From: Pseudomonadota bacterium
GTDB taxonomy: Bacteria > Pseudomonadota > Alphaproteobacteria > Rhizobiales > Rhizobiaceae
Length of the DNA: 64,000 nucleotides
Assembly (NCBI GenBank): GCA_039822005.1
Contig: JBCBMZ010000001.1
Location: 353,939 to 417,938 of the forward strand
Direction of reading: 5' to 3'
The notes below the pieces were generated by a model that ran no database searches, had not been told where the DNA came from, and worked only from the letters and a program-made list of their open reading frames with translations. This document shows positions 19,676-31,088 of this stretch, in pieces (position 1 is the stretch's first letter; each line of letters opens with the position of its first letter). The position numbers and the translations under genes were made by a program.

Positions 19676-21073
19676 GTGGACGAGATAGAGACGGCGCTTG
19701 CTGCTTTGATTATGGAAGCACCCCGGACAGATGCCTCCAAACCCATCTATGTGACGAGCGGTGATGCATCAGAGTTGCCGGGAACAGCGAAGAACTGGTT
19801 GGAGCAAACCGGCCAGACTTTGGATGCTGAATTTGTCAGTCTCATACCGTCAGGCGAGCAGGACGGTTCCGTCGGGAGCGCGGTTCTGGGCATCGGCGCA
19901 GACCTGAACCCCTTTGCCGCTGGCAAGCTGTATCGAACACTGACTGACGGCCAGTGGTATTTTCATCGCGTCCCGCAGGGCGCCGATGCCGAACAATTGC
20001 TGCTTGGTTATCTGCTGGGGGCCTATTCTTTTAATCGGTACAAAGCGACAAAGCAGCGCAATATCCGGATTCATCCGCAGGAAAAGACCGATTTGGAAAC
20101 GGTGCTTCGTAAAGCGGCAGGCGTCTACCAAGTCCGTGACTTGGTCAACACGCCTGCCAATGACATGGGACCTGAGGCCATTGAGATGGCCACAAAATCG
20201 ATGGCCAAGACGCATAAATCGAGTGTGAAAGTCATCGCCGGTGATGACCTTTTGTCAAAGGACTTTCCGCTTGTGCATGCCGTCGGTCGCGCCGCCGCGC
20301 AGGAGCCCCGGCTTCTGGACATGAAATGGGGCAGACGCGGTGCGCCGAAATTGACGCTCGTCGGAAAAGGGGTTGCGTACGATACGGGCGGCCTGAACAT
20401 CAAGCCCGGCGGTTCCATGCGCAACATGAAAAAAGACATGGGTGGTGCTGCCCATGCGATCGCGCTTGCTGGCATGGTGATGACAGCAAAGCTGAATCTA
20501 CGTCTTCGGCTGTTGGTGCCGACTGTTGAAAACTCGATCTCCGCCAATGCGTTCCGGCCGGGCGACGTCTATCCCTCCAGAAAGGGAATAACGGTCGAAA
20601 TCGGTAACACCGATGCCGAAGGCAGGTTGGTTTTGGCCGACGCATTGACCTTGGCTGATGAGGAAACGCCTGAGTTGCTGATTGACTTTGCCACGCTTAC
20701 CGGCGCGGCACGGGTGGCGCTGGGCCCCGACGTCGCACCGTTTTTCACTGATGACGAAGCGTTGGCAGGTGAACTGGCTGAAGCTTCAACGTTGGAACTC
20801 GATCCGATATGGCGGATGCCACTTTGGAAAGACTACGCCAAAGGGCTGTCTTCCAATGTTGCCGATTGCTGCAATATCAGCGGCGATTCATTGGGCGGTG
20901 CCATTACGGCGGCCCTGTTTCTGCAGAAATTTGTAAGCCGCGCCCAGACTTGGGTGCATTTCGACGTTTTTGCTTGGTCAAATTCTGCAAAAGCGCATGG
21001 CGCTGTGGGGGCTGAAGCGCAGGGTTTGCGGGCTTTATACCGGGTTTTGAAAAGGCGTTATCCGCCAAAGTAA
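19676..21073 (+). CDS. M17 leucyl aminopeptidase family protein
   Basis: NTDAEGRL signature and metal-binding region (VGKGVAYDTGGLNIKP). The predicted start is GTG. Confidence 0.88.
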   Translation: MDEIETALAALIMEAPRTDASKPIYVTSGDASELPGTAKNWLEQTGQTLDAEFVSLIPSGEQDGSVGSAVLGIGADLNPFAAGKLYRTLTDGQWYFHRVPQGADAEQLLLGYLLGAYSFNRYKATKQRNIRIHPQEKTDLETVLRKAAGVYQVRDLVNTPANDMGPEAIEMATKSMAKTHKSSVKVIAGDDLLSKDFPLVHAVGRAAAQEPRLLDMKWGRRGAPKLTLVGKGVAYDTGGLNIKPGGSMRNMKKDMGGAAHAIALAGMVMTAKLNLRLRLLVPTVENSISANAFRPGDVYPSRKGITVEIGNTDAEGRLVLADALTLADEETPELLIDFATLTGAARVALGPDVAPFFTDDEALAGELAEASTLELDPIWRMPLWKDYAKGLSSNVADCCNISGDSLGGAITAALFLQKFVSRAQTWVHFDVFAWSNSAKAHGAVGAEAQGLRALYRVLKRRYPPK

Positions 21074-21141
21074 AAGCAGGCCCTTGATCTGTTGCACGGC
21101 CCGTTTATCATAACGCACCCGAAACTTTAGATGAGAGCCGG

Positions 21142-21492
21142 TTGAGCGTATCACTAAAACCAAGTCAGGCATTGAACCTGTGGCGCGACGTTGCGCTCAA
21201 TGAGGTGGTGGAACGTGAGCATGATCTGACGACCCGCCAGATGGCCATCTTGCTCACAATATATATGGATCCACCGCCCCATACGGTGCGCGGCCTTGCC
21301 GCGAAGCTGAACGTCACAAAGCCCGTTATCACACGCGCAATGGACACGATGGGACAGATGAAACTTGTCATGCGCAGACGCGACCCGAAGGACCGCCGCA
21401 ATGTGATCATCGGCAAAACCATGGAAGGCGCGCTCTACCTGGAGCGTTTCTCCGATCTCATCGTTGAAAAAGCCAAATGGTTGCCCAAATGA
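21142..21492 (+). CDS. MarR-family transcriptional regulator
   Basis: 116 aa with a winged-helix segment (LTTRQMAILLTI...VRGLAAKLNVTKPVITRAMDTM...RRRDPKDRRN). Confidence 0.75.
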   Translation: MSVSLKPSQALNLWRDVALNEVVEREHDLTTRQMAILLTIYMDPPPHTVRGLAAKLNVTKPVITRAMDTMGQMKLVMRRRDPKDRRNVIIGKTMEGALYLERFSDLIVEKAKWLPK

Positions 21493-22349
21493 GCCAAGAC
21501 TTGGACAGGCGATTGAACGCCTATCGCGATGATTTGGCCGACGCCCGCCTGTCGGGTCGGGTCAAAGCGGCAAGATTTATCCATGGCACTCAAGCGACAA
21601 TAAGAATACCGGTGTGCGATCTGATGCGAAAGCCCGATGCCTCATCAGGCATGGACACCCAGTTGAAACTCAATGATCCAGTGACGGTGTTTGACCAAGC
21701 TGACGGTTGGAGTTGGGTTCAGGCAAAAGCGGATAATTATGTCGGCTACGTGCCAACGCACGCGGTAAACCTTGAGAGTGTCGTCGCACCAACCCATCGG
21801 GTCAGCGTGCCTCGGACATTTTGTTATCGCGAACCGGACTTGAAAAAACGCCACAGCGCGGCCCTTTCATTGGGCACTTCGCTTTGTGTGGTCGACAAGG
21901 CGCGAACACGCGGCACCGATTTCGCACAGTTGGCCAGTGGTGATTGGGTGTTTTCCAACCATCTGACAGCCAATGACAAGGTGGCAACAGACTATGTCAG
22001 TGTCGCAGAAAGCCTGCTGGCGACACCTTATCTTTGGGGCGGCAGCACGGCTTTCGGAATCGATTGCTCAGGACTTGTCCAATTATCGATGGCCATGTGC
22101 GGAAAGTCTGTTTTGCGCGACAGCGACATGCTGTTTGAAACCGTAGGGGCGCATATAGATCCTGACGGCGGTTTGAAGCGTGGTGATCTTATCTACTGGA
22201 GCGGTCATGTGGCCATCGTGTGTGATCGCGACAACATCATCCACGCGAATGGCCACACTATGATGGTCAATGTTGAGAACAGGGCCGATGCGATTGAGCG
22301 GATCGCATACCTTTATTCGCAGCCCACAGGCTACAAGCGACCAGCCTAA
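21489..22349 (+). CDS. NlpC/P60 (C40) peptidase with an SH3-like N-terminal domain
   Basis: Catalytic segment YLWGGSTAFGIDCSGLV, then a downstream His (WSGHVAIV). The start overlaps the MarR stop (ATGA). Confidence 0.85.
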   Translation: MSQDLDRRLNAYRDDLADARLSGRVKAARFIHGTQATIRIPVCDLMRKPDASSGMDTQLKLNDPVTVFDQADGWSWVQAKADNYVGYVPTHAVNLESVVAPTHRVSVPRTFCYREPDLKKRHSAALSLGTSLCVVDKARTRGTDFAQLASGDWVFSNHLTANDKVATDYVSVAESLLATPYLWGGSTAFGIDCSGLVQLSMAMCGKSVLRDSDMLFETVGAHIDPDGGLKRGDLIYWSGHVAIVCDRDNIIHANGHTMMVNVENRADAIERIAYLYSQPTGYKRPA

Positions 22350-23305
22350 TATCCCGCCTCGCGGTTCACCAAATTGGTCAACGGTGCGCCTTTGTCGTGA
22401 TCATCCATTTGCCGGATCATCGGCGGAATCAGCGCTGCCGGATCGGAGGTCGCAGCCGCATGTGGTGTAATGGTAACCTTCGGATGATCCCAGAGCGGAC
22501 TGGTTGGCGGCAATGGTTCTTCTTCAAACACATCAAGAGACGCAGCGCCGATCCATCCATTGCCGAGCGCAGCCAAGATATCCGCTTCATTTTGCAGCTT
22601 GCCCCGGCCTGCGTTGATGATGATGGCTGGTCCCAGCGGGCCATTTCGTTTCATTTGGATGAAAAGTGGTTTGGACAAGATGCCTTGCGTTTGCGGCGTA
22701 AGAGGCAGCAAGGAAGCAACGATATCCGCACCCTTTAAAAACGCCGGCAACCCATCTTCGCCATGAAAAGTCTGGACCCCGTCCAGCGTTTTTTCGGTTC
22801 GGCTCCACCCGGTTACATTGAAACCCAGAACCTTGAGCTTTTTTGCCGCGTCGGTTCCCAAAACACCTAACCCCAAAATGCCGACAGTCACTTCACTAGC
22901 GGCAGGTTGCAGGCGATCTTCTCGCCAAAGACGCTCGCGTTGCTGTAGGCGGTAGGCCGGCCCCCTTCGGTGATGATCCAGAACTTGCCAAACAATATAC
23001 TCGCTCATCCGGTCTGTAAGGTCGTCTGCGACGACGCGTACAATCGGTACGTCGGGCACATCGGGGTCATTAAAAATATGATCGACACCCGCACCGATCG
23101 AGAAGATGGCTTTGAGGTTCGGCAGTTCGTTGAGAACACCTGGTCGCTGTTTCCAAACAACCGCATAGCCGATCTGGGAAGGATCGGCGACTTCGCTGAC
23201 ATCGGTGATGATCTTTCGGTGTGGCGCTGCTTTTTTCAGATGATCTTTCCAGACCGCTGGGTCAAAGCCTGTAACTGCCAAAAAAATCGTGCCTGCCTTT
23301 GCCAT
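22346..23305 (-). CDS. ghrA: D-2-hydroxyacid dehydrogenase (glyoxylate/hydroxypyruvate reductase A-like)
   Basis: NAD fold GILGLGVLG and overall similarity to E. coli GhrA/YcdW (AVVWKQRP...AIFSIGAGVDHI). Confidence 0.75.
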   Translation of the reverse strand: MAKAGTIFLAVTGFDPAVWKDHLKKAAPHRKIITDVSEVADPSQIGYAVVWKQRPGVLNELPNLKAIFSIGAGVDHIFNDPDVPDVPIVRVVADDLTDRMSEYIVWQVLDHHRRGPAYRLQQRERLWREDRLQPAASEVTVGILGLGVLGTDAAKKLKVLGFNVTGWSRTEKTLDGVQTFHGEDGLPAFLKGADIVASLLPLTPQTQGILSKPLFIQMKRNGPLGPAIIINAGRGKLQNEADILAALGNGWIGAASLDVFEEEPLPPTSPLWDHPKVTITPHAAATSDPAALIPPMIRQMDDHDKGAPLTNLVNREAGY

Positions 23306-23308
23306 CGG

Positions 23309-24940
23309 TCAGTCCATCACTTCAGTACTATGACGGGTTTCAATATCGAAGGCTGCCGCCATCAAGGCCTTGGTATAATCAGTCTGCGGCGCATCGAAAA
23401 TCTGTTGCGATGGCCCGAACTCGACGACCTTGCCGCCCCGCATCACAACAACCTCATTGGCGAGCGCACGAACCACTTTCAGATCGTGGCTGATGAACAG
23501 AAATGCCAAATCATGTCTCTTCTGCAAATCGCGCAGTAAATCGACGACTTGCGCCTGCACGCTCATATCAAGCGCTGAGGTGGGTTCGTCCAGCATCACA
23601 AACTTGGGTTTCAGGGCCATGGCGCGTGCTATGGCGATGCGCTGCCTTTGACCGCCGGAAAACTCATGCGGGTAGCGGAAACGCGTCGCCGGATCGACCC
23701 CAACTTCCTCCAACGCCTGAACAACAGCGGCATCTCGCCGCTCGGGTGTCTCGCCTGGCTGGTGAATGCGCAGGCCCTCGGCGATAATTTCTGAAACCGA
23801 CATGCGCGGCGATAGCGAGCCATATGGATCTTGGAAGACGATTTGCAGATCCTTGCGCATGGGTCGCATTTGTTTGAAAGACAGCGCTTGCAAATTATGT
23901 TCGTTGAACGTGATTTTGCCTTCTGAAGAAATCAAACGACAAAGCGCCAGCCCGAGAGTTGTTTTCCCCGAACCGCTTTCTCCCACGATACCAAGGGTTT
24001 GACCGCGGCGTACATTGACATCAATGCCGTCAACCGCTTTGACATGATCGACCGTCCGGCGCATGAAGCCGCGCTTGATTGGGAACCAGACTTTCACCTG
24101 ATCGCCCGACATGACGGTGGGCGCACTTTCATCCAAAACAGGCGGTTTACCCTTCGGTTCTGCAGCCAGCAAATGTTTGGTGTAATCATGTTGCGGGTCG
24201 TCAAAGATGGTTTGCGTCGGGCCGTGCTCGACAATCTGCCCGTTCGTCATCACGCAAACGCGGTCCGCAATCTTGCGCACGATGCCAAGGTCATGGGTGA
24301 TGAACAGCATTGACATGTCGCGGTCACGCTTAAGCTGATCGAGCAATTCCAAAATTTGCGCCTGCACGGTAACATCAAGCGCCGTAGTCGGTTCATCGGC
24401 GATCAGGAGTTTTGGTGTATTCGCGAGCGCCATGGCGATCATCACGCGCTGGCGTTGCCCGCCTGACAATTGGTGTGGGTAGGCCTGCAGCCGCTTTTCC
24501 GGATCGCGAATACCAACCTGATTGAGAAGCGCCAATGTCCGTTTGCGCTTTTCTGCATCATCCACTTTTTGGTGCAGGGCAATCACTTCGCTGATTTGCC
24601 GCTCAATGGTCTGTAGCGGGTTCAGCGACGTCATCGGCTCCTGAAAAATCATCGAGATGTCATTGCCGCGAACATGGCGCAATTCATCCTCCGCCGCGCC
24701 CATCAACTCCTTGCCATCGAAAGTGATTTCACCGGAGGGATGCGAAGCTGCCGGATAAGGCAGCAGCTTGAGCACAGAGTTGGCTGACACCGATTTACCA
24801 GAGCCGCTTTCGCCGACCAGCGCGACGGTTTCTCCTTGCGCGATGTTAAAGGAAATCCGGTCAACGGCAATGTTTGTGGCACCGCCCTGGTGAAAAGCTA
24901 CCGACAGGTCGCGGACGGAGAGTAGCGGCGCGCCCGTCAT
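23309..24940 (-). CDS. yejF: Peptide/microcin C-type ABC transporter, fused double ATPase
   Basis: Two Walker A motifs (GESGSGKS twice) and two LSGGQRQR signatures. The yejABEF gene order supports the call. Confidence 0.88.
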   Translation of the reverse strand: MTGAPLLSVRDLSVAFHQGGATNIAVDRISFNIAQGETVALVGESGSGKSVSANSVLKLLPYPAASHPSGEITFDGKELMGAAEDELRHVRGNDISMIFQEPMTSLNPLQTIERQISEVIALHQKVDDAEKRKRTLALLNQVGIRDPEKRLQAYPHQLSGGQRQRVMIAMALANTPKLLIADEPTTALDVTVQAQILELLDQLKRDRDMSMLFITHDLGIVRKIADRVCVMTNGQIVEHGPTQTIFDDPQHDYTKHLLAAEPKGKPPVLDESAPTVMSGDQVKVWFPIKRGFMRRTVDHVKAVDGIDVNVRRGQTLGIVGESGSGKTTLGLALCRLISSEGKITFNEHNLQALSFKQMRPMRKDLQIVFQDPYGSLSPRMSVSEIIAEGLRIHQPGETPERRDAAVVQALEEVGVDPATRFRYPHEFSGGQRQRIAIARAMALKPKFVMLDEPTSALDMSVQAQVVDLLRDLQKRHDLAFLFISHDLKVVRALANEVVVMRGGKVVEFGPSQQIFDAPQTDYTKALMAAAFDIETRHSTEVMD

Positions 24941-26103
24941 GAAAACGTCTTTCTTGGGTCAAACGCGTCGCGCGTCGCTTCACCCACGAAGATGAGCAGC
25001 GACAGCATGATCGCGACAGAGAAGAACGCTGTAAAACCAAGCCACGGTGATTGGAGGTTGTTTTTACCTTGCAGAATGAGTTCACCGAGTGATGGTGATC
25101 CCGGTGGCAGGCCAAAGCCAAGGAAGTCCAAAGACGTCAACGTGGTGATCGAGCCGTTCAGGATAAACGGTAGAAAAGTCAGCGTTGCCACCATCGCGTT
25201 CGGCAACAAGTGGCGGAACATGATCGTGCCATTGGAGACGCCAAGGGCCCGCGCAGCATTCACATATTCAAAATTGCGTGCCCGCAAAAACTCAGCCCGT
25301 ACCACACCGACAAAGCCGACCCATGAGAACAAAAGCATGATACCGAGCAACACCCAAAAGCCCGGAGGCAAAACCGCAGCCATGATGAGGAGGATGTACA
25401 GAACCGGAATGGCCGACCAAATCTCGATCACACGCTGGCCGATCAGATCCGTCCAACCGCCGAAATAGCCCTGTACTGCGCCGACGGTAACGCCGATTAC
25501 CGCCGAAGCGGCGGTGAGGATAAGCCCGAAGAGAACCGAGATGCGAAAGCCGTAGATCATGCGTGCCAACACGTCTCGCGCCTGGTCGTCCGTGCCCAGC
25601 CAATTGAAGTTTCCCGGGACGCAATTGCGATCTTGAATACCGTCGGGATACCCGGCGCAAAGGGCTTCACGGCTCTCAAACATGAAGGCTGGCTTTGAGG
25701 GGGCGGTTGTCGGCACTTCCTTGTTGACTGATCTGAAAGAGTAGCGGATGGGTGGCCAGACCATCCAACCATGGGTCTCAATCTCTTCTTGGATGAAAGG
25801 ATCGGTATAATCTGTGCGGGCCAAAAAACCGCCGAATTTTTCTTCGGGGTAGTTCACGAATACTGGCGTCAGCAATTGACCCTTGTAGGAAACAAGGATC
25901 GGTTTGTCGTTGGCAATAAACTCGGCAAAAAGTGACGCAATGAAAAGAAAAAGGAATATCCAAAGCGACCAATAGCCACGCCGGTTTGCTTTGAAATTCT
26001 GCCAGCGTCGTTGGTTGAGCGGCGACAGGAACGGCCGTTTGATGGGGCCAGCTTCCACACTGCTTTCAACAATGTGAGGGTCGGCGTGCTTGTTCATCGT
26101 CAC
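24937..26103 (-). CDS. yejE: ABC permease YejE
   Basis: OppC-like permease with a long N-terminal extension. There is a 4-nt overlap with yejF. Confidence 0.85.
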   Translation of the reverse strand: MTMNKHADPHIVESSVEAGPIKRPFLSPLNQRRWQNFKANRRGYWSLWIFLFLFIASLFAEFIANDKPILVSYKGQLLTPVFVNYPEEKFGGFLARTDYTDPFIQEEIETHGWMVWPPIRYSFRSVNKEVPTTAPSKPAFMFESREALCAGYPDGIQDRNCVPGNFNWLGTDDQARDVLARMIYGFRISVLFGLILTAASAVIGVTVGAVQGYFGGWTDLIGQRVIEIWSAIPVLYILLIMAAVLPPGFWVLLGIMLLFSWVGFVGVVRAEFLRARNFEYVNAARALGVSNGTIMFRHLLPNAMVATLTFLPFILNGSITTLTSLDFLGFGLPPGSPSLGELILQGKNNLQSPWLGFTAFFSVAIMLSLLIFVGEATRDAFDPRKTFS

Positions 26104-27212
26104 ACCTCCCGGCTTTCAAAGTCGATGCGTGGATCAACCCAAGTGTACATCAGATCCGAAAACAGACTGACCAATAGCCCCATTAGCGAAAAGATGTAGA
26201 GCGTGGCGAACACCACCGGATAGTCCCGGTTCACAATGCTTTCAAATCCCAAAAGCCCGAGCCCGTCGAGGGTGAAGATTGTTTCGATCAAAAGCGAGCC
26301 GGTGAAGAACGCCGAAATGAATGCGCCAGGAAATCCGGCGATGATAATCAACATCGCATTGCGAAATACATGGCCGTAGAGCACCTGATTTTCGGTTAGA
26401 CCCTTGGCGCGCGCGGTAGTCACATACTGCTTTCGAATTTCATCCAGAAACGAGTTCTTGGTCAAAAGCGTTGTTGTCGCAAAGGCCGACATGATCATTG
26501 CGGTAAGGGGAAGTGCAAGGTGCCAGAAATAGTCAGCGATGCGGGCAGGCCAAGACAATTCTTCCCAATTATCCGAGGTTAAACCCCTGAGCGGAAACCA
26601 ATCAAAGAAGGAACCGCCGGCAAACAGGATGACCAGGAGGATTGCGAAGAGAAAACCCGGGATGGCATAGGCAACGATGACGACACCAGACGTCCACACG
26701 TCAAAGCGTGTACCATCGTTGACGGCCTTGGAAATGCCGAGCGGAATTGAGATCGAATAAGAGATGAGCGTGATCCAGAGGCCTAACGAAACGGAAACCG
26801 GCATCTTCTCGATGATGAGGTCAATAACCGAGATGTCACGGAAATAGCTCTCGCCGAAATCGAACCGCAAATAGTCCCACAGCATGTTGCCGAAACGCTC
26901 AAGCGGTGGCTTGTCGAAGCCGAATTGACGCTCCAGATCGGCAATAAATTCCGGGTCCAGGCCTTGCGCGCCGCGATATTGGGATGACACCGCCGAACTC
27001 TCAAATGAGTCGCCCGGCTCCGCGCCAAATTCCACGTCACCTCCGCCTCCGGTAAAGCGATCAGTGGCGTCCCCGCCTTGTCCGGTAAGCTGGGCTATGA
27101 CCTGCTCAACCGGCCCGCCGGGTGCGAACTGAATAATGATGAAGGAAATCGCCATGATCCCTAAAATAGTGGGGATCATCAGCAAAAGACGACGTGCGAT
27201 ATAGGCGCCCAT
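26100..27212 (-). CDS. yejB: ABC permease YejB
   Basis: OppB-like permease ([19 protein letters not shown]...). Confidence 0.85.
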   Translation of the reverse strand: MGAYIARRLLLMIPTILGIMAISFIIIQFAPGGPVEQVIAQLTGQGGDATDRFTGGGGDVEFGAEPGDSFESSAVSSQYRGAQGLDPEFIADLERQFGFDKPPLERFGNMLWDYLRFDFGESYFRDISVIDLIIEKMPVSVSLGLWITLISYSISIPLGISKAVNDGTRFDVWTSGVVIVAYAIPGFLFAILLVILFAGGSFFDWFPLRGLTSDNWEELSWPARIADYFWHLALPLTAMIMSAFATTTLLTKNSFLDEIRKQYVTTARAKGLTENQVLYGHVFRNAMLIIIAGFPGAFISAFFTGSLLIETIFTLDGLGLLGFESIVNRDYPVVFATLYIFSLMGLLVSLFSDLMYTWVDPRIDFESREV

Positions 27213-27245
27213 GGCGGTCAGCGCTCTCCCTTGGCGTATTTCGTG

Positions 27246-29123
27246 TCAGGCTCTGCCAATCGCTTTTGCCTTTTCTTCGTCGTACCACCAAAGCTGCTCC
27301 ACCGGCCAGAAATAGTCAGGCTTTGGATCCTTAAAGCCAAACATGTCCCAATAGGCAACGCGGTGATTCGCCGAGCCCCAATTTGGAATCCAGTCCCGTC
27401 GCAAACGCAAGACCCGGTCCAATACCCGCATGGCGGTCAAATGTTGTTCGCGTGTCTGAGCGCGGCCAACATGTTCGATCAACGCATCAATCAGCGGATC
27501 TGCGGTGCCTGCCCAGTTGCGCGACCCATCTAGTTTCGCTGCCGCAGACCCAAGGGTTCCTTCAAGCGTAGTAGCCGTCGGAGTGGCGCCCCACGAGGCC
27601 GCAGTTCCCACCATGTCGAAGTCGAATGTCGATGTGCGTTGCTGAAACTGCGCCGGATCAACCAGCCGCATGCTGGCATTGATGCCAACCGCGCGCATGG
27701 TTTCGACAAACGGGCCCAAGATGCGCTCAAAAACGCTGGCGCGGATCAGGATTTCAAGATCAAACGGTTCACCTGCCGCATTGCGACGTATCCCATCACT
27801 GCCGACATCCCACCCCGCTTCGGTCATGAGCCGTGTCGCTTCGCGCAAACGCGAGCGATCGCGGCCCGAGCCATTGGAAGGTGTGTACAGATAGGCCGCT
27901 TCGCGGATGCCCTCGGGAAACGTAAATTCGCTCTCCAGCTTTCCGATCAGCGCCAACTCATCGCTTTCGGGCTCACCCACAGCTTCATAGCTTGAGCCAC
28001 CAAACAGGCCGTGCCGCCGGGCATAAATGCCGAAGAACAGGTTTTCGTTGGTCCACTCAAAATCAAAGCAAAGCCCGATGGCGTCGCGCACCCGTCGATC
28101 CTTGAAGCGCTCGCGCCTTTGGTTGACCGCCCATGCCTGCATGGATGCCGCCTTTTCATCGTCAAAAAGCGTTTTCTTGACGCGTCCATCATTGACAGCG
28201 GGGAATGCATACTCCGTCGCCCAGGTCTTGGAGGTAAACTCTTCGCGCCAGTGGACTTCGCCCTTCTTGAAGGCCTCAAAGCCGGTGGTGCGTTCGGTAT
28301 AAAACTCGATACGAATGGTCTGGAAATGGCCGACACCCCGTCCGGTGCCGACTTGCCGCCCCCAATAGTCTTCTACCCGCTCATACTCAATGAAAGTCCC
28401 CTGCCGAAAGCGGCCAATTTTGTAGGCACCGGAACCTGGCGGCGGTTCTAGCGTGGATTGGTCGAATTCGCGGTTCGCGTAGTAGGTGGCAGATTGGATC
28501 GGCATGTCGACGACCGTAAGGATCGCGCGCGCGGATTGCGTACCATCAAAAACCAACGTGACAGTACGCTCGTCTTCGACAACCACTTCAGCCAGCTTCT
28601 GCAGTGGCAGGCTCAACTCCGGGTGGCCCACAGCCTTAAGAGTGTCAAAGGTGAATTTCACATCGGCCGATGTGATGGGAGAACCATCATGGAAGCGCGC
28701 AATATCGCGCAACTTGAATGTATACCGGTTACGGTCTTCGGAGATCGTAACGCTCTCGGCAACGTGGCAATAGGTGGCATCGGGCTCATCGAACGCGCGG
28801 GCCATCAAGCTGTCAAAACACATCTCAATGCGTGGCGGCGCATCTCCGCGTCGCACGAAGGAATTCAGCGTGTTGAAGGTCTGGATGTTCTGGTTGAAAT
28901 ACCAGTAGCTCGGCTGGAAATTGAAAGTACCGCCGACCGGCGCCTGCGGAGAATTATAGTCAAAATGAGAAAACCCGTCAGAATATTTCAAATCACCGAA
29001 TGCGGACAGGCCGTGCAGAGTTACACCACTTGGATTGGCTGCTCTAGATAGGGCAGGAAATAGGGTCGATGCCGTAAAGGCACCGACACCGGCACACAGG
29101 AACTGACGACGATCCAGGTTCAT
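27246..29123 (-). CDS. yejA: Family-5 extracellular solute-binding protein, YejA-like (copy 2)
   Basis: Tat-like signal MNLDRRQFLCAG. The start was set at 29123, where ATGA overlaps the upstream paralog's stop. Confidence 0.85.
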   Translation of the reverse strand: MNLDRRQFLCAGVGAFTASTLFPALSRAANPSGVTLHGLSAFGDLKYSDGFSHFDYNSPQAPVGGTFNFQPSYWYFNQNIQTFNTLNSFVRRGDAPPRIEMCFDSLMARAFDEPDATYCHVAESVTISEDRNRYTFKLRDIARFHDGSPITSADVKFTFDTLKAVGHPELSLPLQKLAEVVVEDERTVTLVFDGTQSARAILTVVDMPIQSATYYANREFDQSTLEPPPGSGAYKIGRFRQGTFIEYERVEDYWGRQVGTGRGVGHFQTIRIEFYTERTTGFEAFKKGEVHWREEFTSKTWATEYAFPAVNDGRVKKTLFDDEKAASMQAWAVNQRRERFKDRRVRDAIGLCFDFEWTNENLFFGIYARRHGLFGGSSYEAVGEPESDELALIGKLESEFTFPEGIREAAYLYTPSNGSGRDRSRLREATRLMTEAGWDVGSDGIRRNAAGEPFDLEILIRASVFERILGPFVETMRAVGINASMRLVDPAQFQQRTSTFDFDMVGTAASWGATPTATTLEGTLGSAAAKLDGSRNWAGTADPLIDALIEHVGRAQTREQHLTAMRVLDRVLRLRRDWIPNWGSANHRVAYWDMFGFKDPKPDYFWPVEQLWWYDEEKAKAIGRA

Positions 29124-30982
29124 TGCACCGCCTCCGGTTTGACCCACCAAGACTGGATATCAACACCGGTATAAGGCGGTTGGTTGTCGACAAACTCGAA
29201 TTTGTCCCACCAAGCGGCCCATTGTTCTGGCGAGTGCCATTGTGGGATATAGTAGAAGTTCCAGAGCAAAACGCGATCCAGCGCGCGGCTGGCTGCTATC
29301 AACTCAGCACGGTCTTCGGCAAAAATGATGGTTTCGATCAAGCTGTCGACAACCTCGTATTCGATGCCCGAAAGGTTGCGTGAATCGGGCGCCGACGCCG
29401 CCTCTGTTGACCAGAAATCGCGTTGCTCATTGCCGGGCGATAGCGACTGGGCAAGCACGGTTGTTGTCATGTCAAAATCGAACTGTTCAAGGCGCGAGAT
29501 GTATTGGCTGGAGTCGACGATTCGCAGCGACGCATCGATGCCAAACGTACGCAAATCTTCCACAAATTGACCGGAGATGATTTGCGCCACTTGCGATCCG
29601 CCGAGGAATTCAATGGTGAAAGGCTCACCGGCTTCATTGACCCATTGGCCGTTCTCCGGTTTCCAGCCGGCCTCTCGTAGTAAATCCGCTGCTATGCGTT
29701 GGTTGGCGCGACGGTTGGCCCGCTCGCCATTGATCGGATTTTCATAAGGAGACGTAAACACCTCTTCGGGCAAGACATTGCGAAACTCTTCCAGGATTTC
29801 CAACTCACGCCCTACCGGTAGCCCGCTGGAAGCCAGTTCACCGCCTTCAAAATAGCTGTCTGTCCGTGTCCGCAAGCTTGATAGTTGAAGCCGGTTGACG
29901 CTCTCAAAATCAAAAAGATGAAGCAATGCCTGCCGCACACGGCGGTCCTTGAACTTGTCGCGTCGCTGGTTCATCGCAAAGCCCTGCATGGGCTGCGGAC
30001 GAATGGTTTTGAACGCCCGGCGTTTGACGCGACCATCTTCAAAAGACGGGAAATTGTATTCGCTCGCCCAACGGGCAGACCTCGTCTCGGTGCGAAAATC
30101 CTGAATGCCACCCTTTTTGAACGCTTCCCATATGGGTGTGGCATCCAGGAAGTACGTGTAGGAAATCTCGTCGAAATTATAGCGGCCTTTGTTGATTGGC
30201 AGATCTGCCGCCCACCAATCCTCGACCCGTTCCCAAGTGATGGAGTTCCCAGATTCGAAAGATTTCACGCGATAGGGGCCCGAGCCGAGCGGTGGTTCCA
30301 GTGTTGGCTGTGTGATGTCGCGTGGCTCGCCGTCAGCGTTCGTGCCCGTCCACCAATGTTTGGGAAAAACCGGCATGTCGCCAAGAATTTTTGGCAGTTC
30401 GCGGTTGCCGGACTGGTCGAATGTGAACTTGATGTCCGTATCATTAAGCGCTTCAGCAGATACGACATTGGCATAATACGCACGGTAAATCTGGCTGATT
30501 TCTTTGAGCTGTTCAAATGTCCAGATGATGTCATCTGTGGTGACCGGCGCGCCATCGTGCCATCGTGCATCGGTGTTAATACGATAAGTGGCCGTTGAAT
30601 AATCATCGGGATATCGAAAAGCTGCGGCCAGGTGGGGGTGGCTGGCCGAAGGCTCATCAATGGATTGATCCGTGAGTGTTTCATATATCAGGCCACCGCC
30701 AAACCGTGCGAAGCCGGCTGCGGCGGTTCCGCGAACAATATAGGGGTTGAAGCTGTCGAACGTGCCTTGAACGGCCAAGTTCAGCGTTCCGCCTTTTGGC
30801 GCGTCGGGATTGGCGTGGTCGTAGTGCGTCCAGCCATCCTTGTATTTGCTCTCGGCGATCAATGAGTTCGTTGTTATCCAATCGCCTTGGTCTTGGGCGG
30901 CGGCGGGTTGGCTTGATGCCACAGCCGTTGCAGCTAACAGGGCAAAGCCAAGGGAAATCGAACGCATAGACATCTCCTGCAA
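29120..30982 (-). CDS. Family-5 extracellular solute-binding protein, YejA-like (copy 1)
   Basis: Sec signal ending in AAAQ and family-5 SBP features. It is a paralog of the next gene. The true start is probably one of the Met codons within the first 6 residues. Confidence 0.85.
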   Translation of the reverse strand: MQEMSMRSISLGFALLAATAVASSQPAAAQDQGDWITTNSLIAESKYKDGWTHYDHANPDAPKGGTLNLAVQGTFDSFNPYIVRGTAAAGFARFGGGLIYETLTDQSIDEPSASHPHLAAAFRYPDDYSTATYRINTDARWHDGAPVTTDDIIWTFEQLKEISQIYRAYYANVVSAEALNDTDIKFTFDQSGNRELPKILGDMPVFPKHWWTGTNADGEPRDITQPTLEPPLGSGPYRVKSFESGNSITWERVEDWWAADLPINKGRYNFDEISYTYFLDATPIWEAFKKGGIQDFRTETRSARWASEYNFPSFEDGRVKRRAFKTIRPQPMQGFAMNQRRDKFKDRRVRQALLHLFDFESVNRLQLSSLRTRTDSYFEGGELASSGLPVGRELEILEEFRNVLPEEVFTSPYENPINGERANRRANQRIAADLLREAGWKPENGQWVNEAGEPFTIEFLGGSQVAQIISGQFVEDLRTFGIDASLRIVDSSQYISRLEQFDFDMTTTVLAQSLSPGNEQRDFWSTEAASAPDSRNLSGIEYEVVDSLIETIIFAEDRAELIAASRALDRVLLWNFYYIPQWHSPEQWAAWWDKFEFVDNQPPYTGVDIQSWWVKPEAVQ

Positions 30983-31088
30983 ATCTCTTTCCTAGGAGAC
31001 TAGGTGCAAATTCGACGATTCAAAGCCCTGAAATGAAAAAGGCCCACTCTTTGGCAGGCCAATTCGTCACATTTAAGCGAAATGAAGT

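Noticed and set aside
30983-31088. Terminator downstream of the cytochrome c gene (GGCC...GGCC followed by TTTTT on the minus strand).
   Set aside because: The stem is only 4-5 bp, too weak to annotate.
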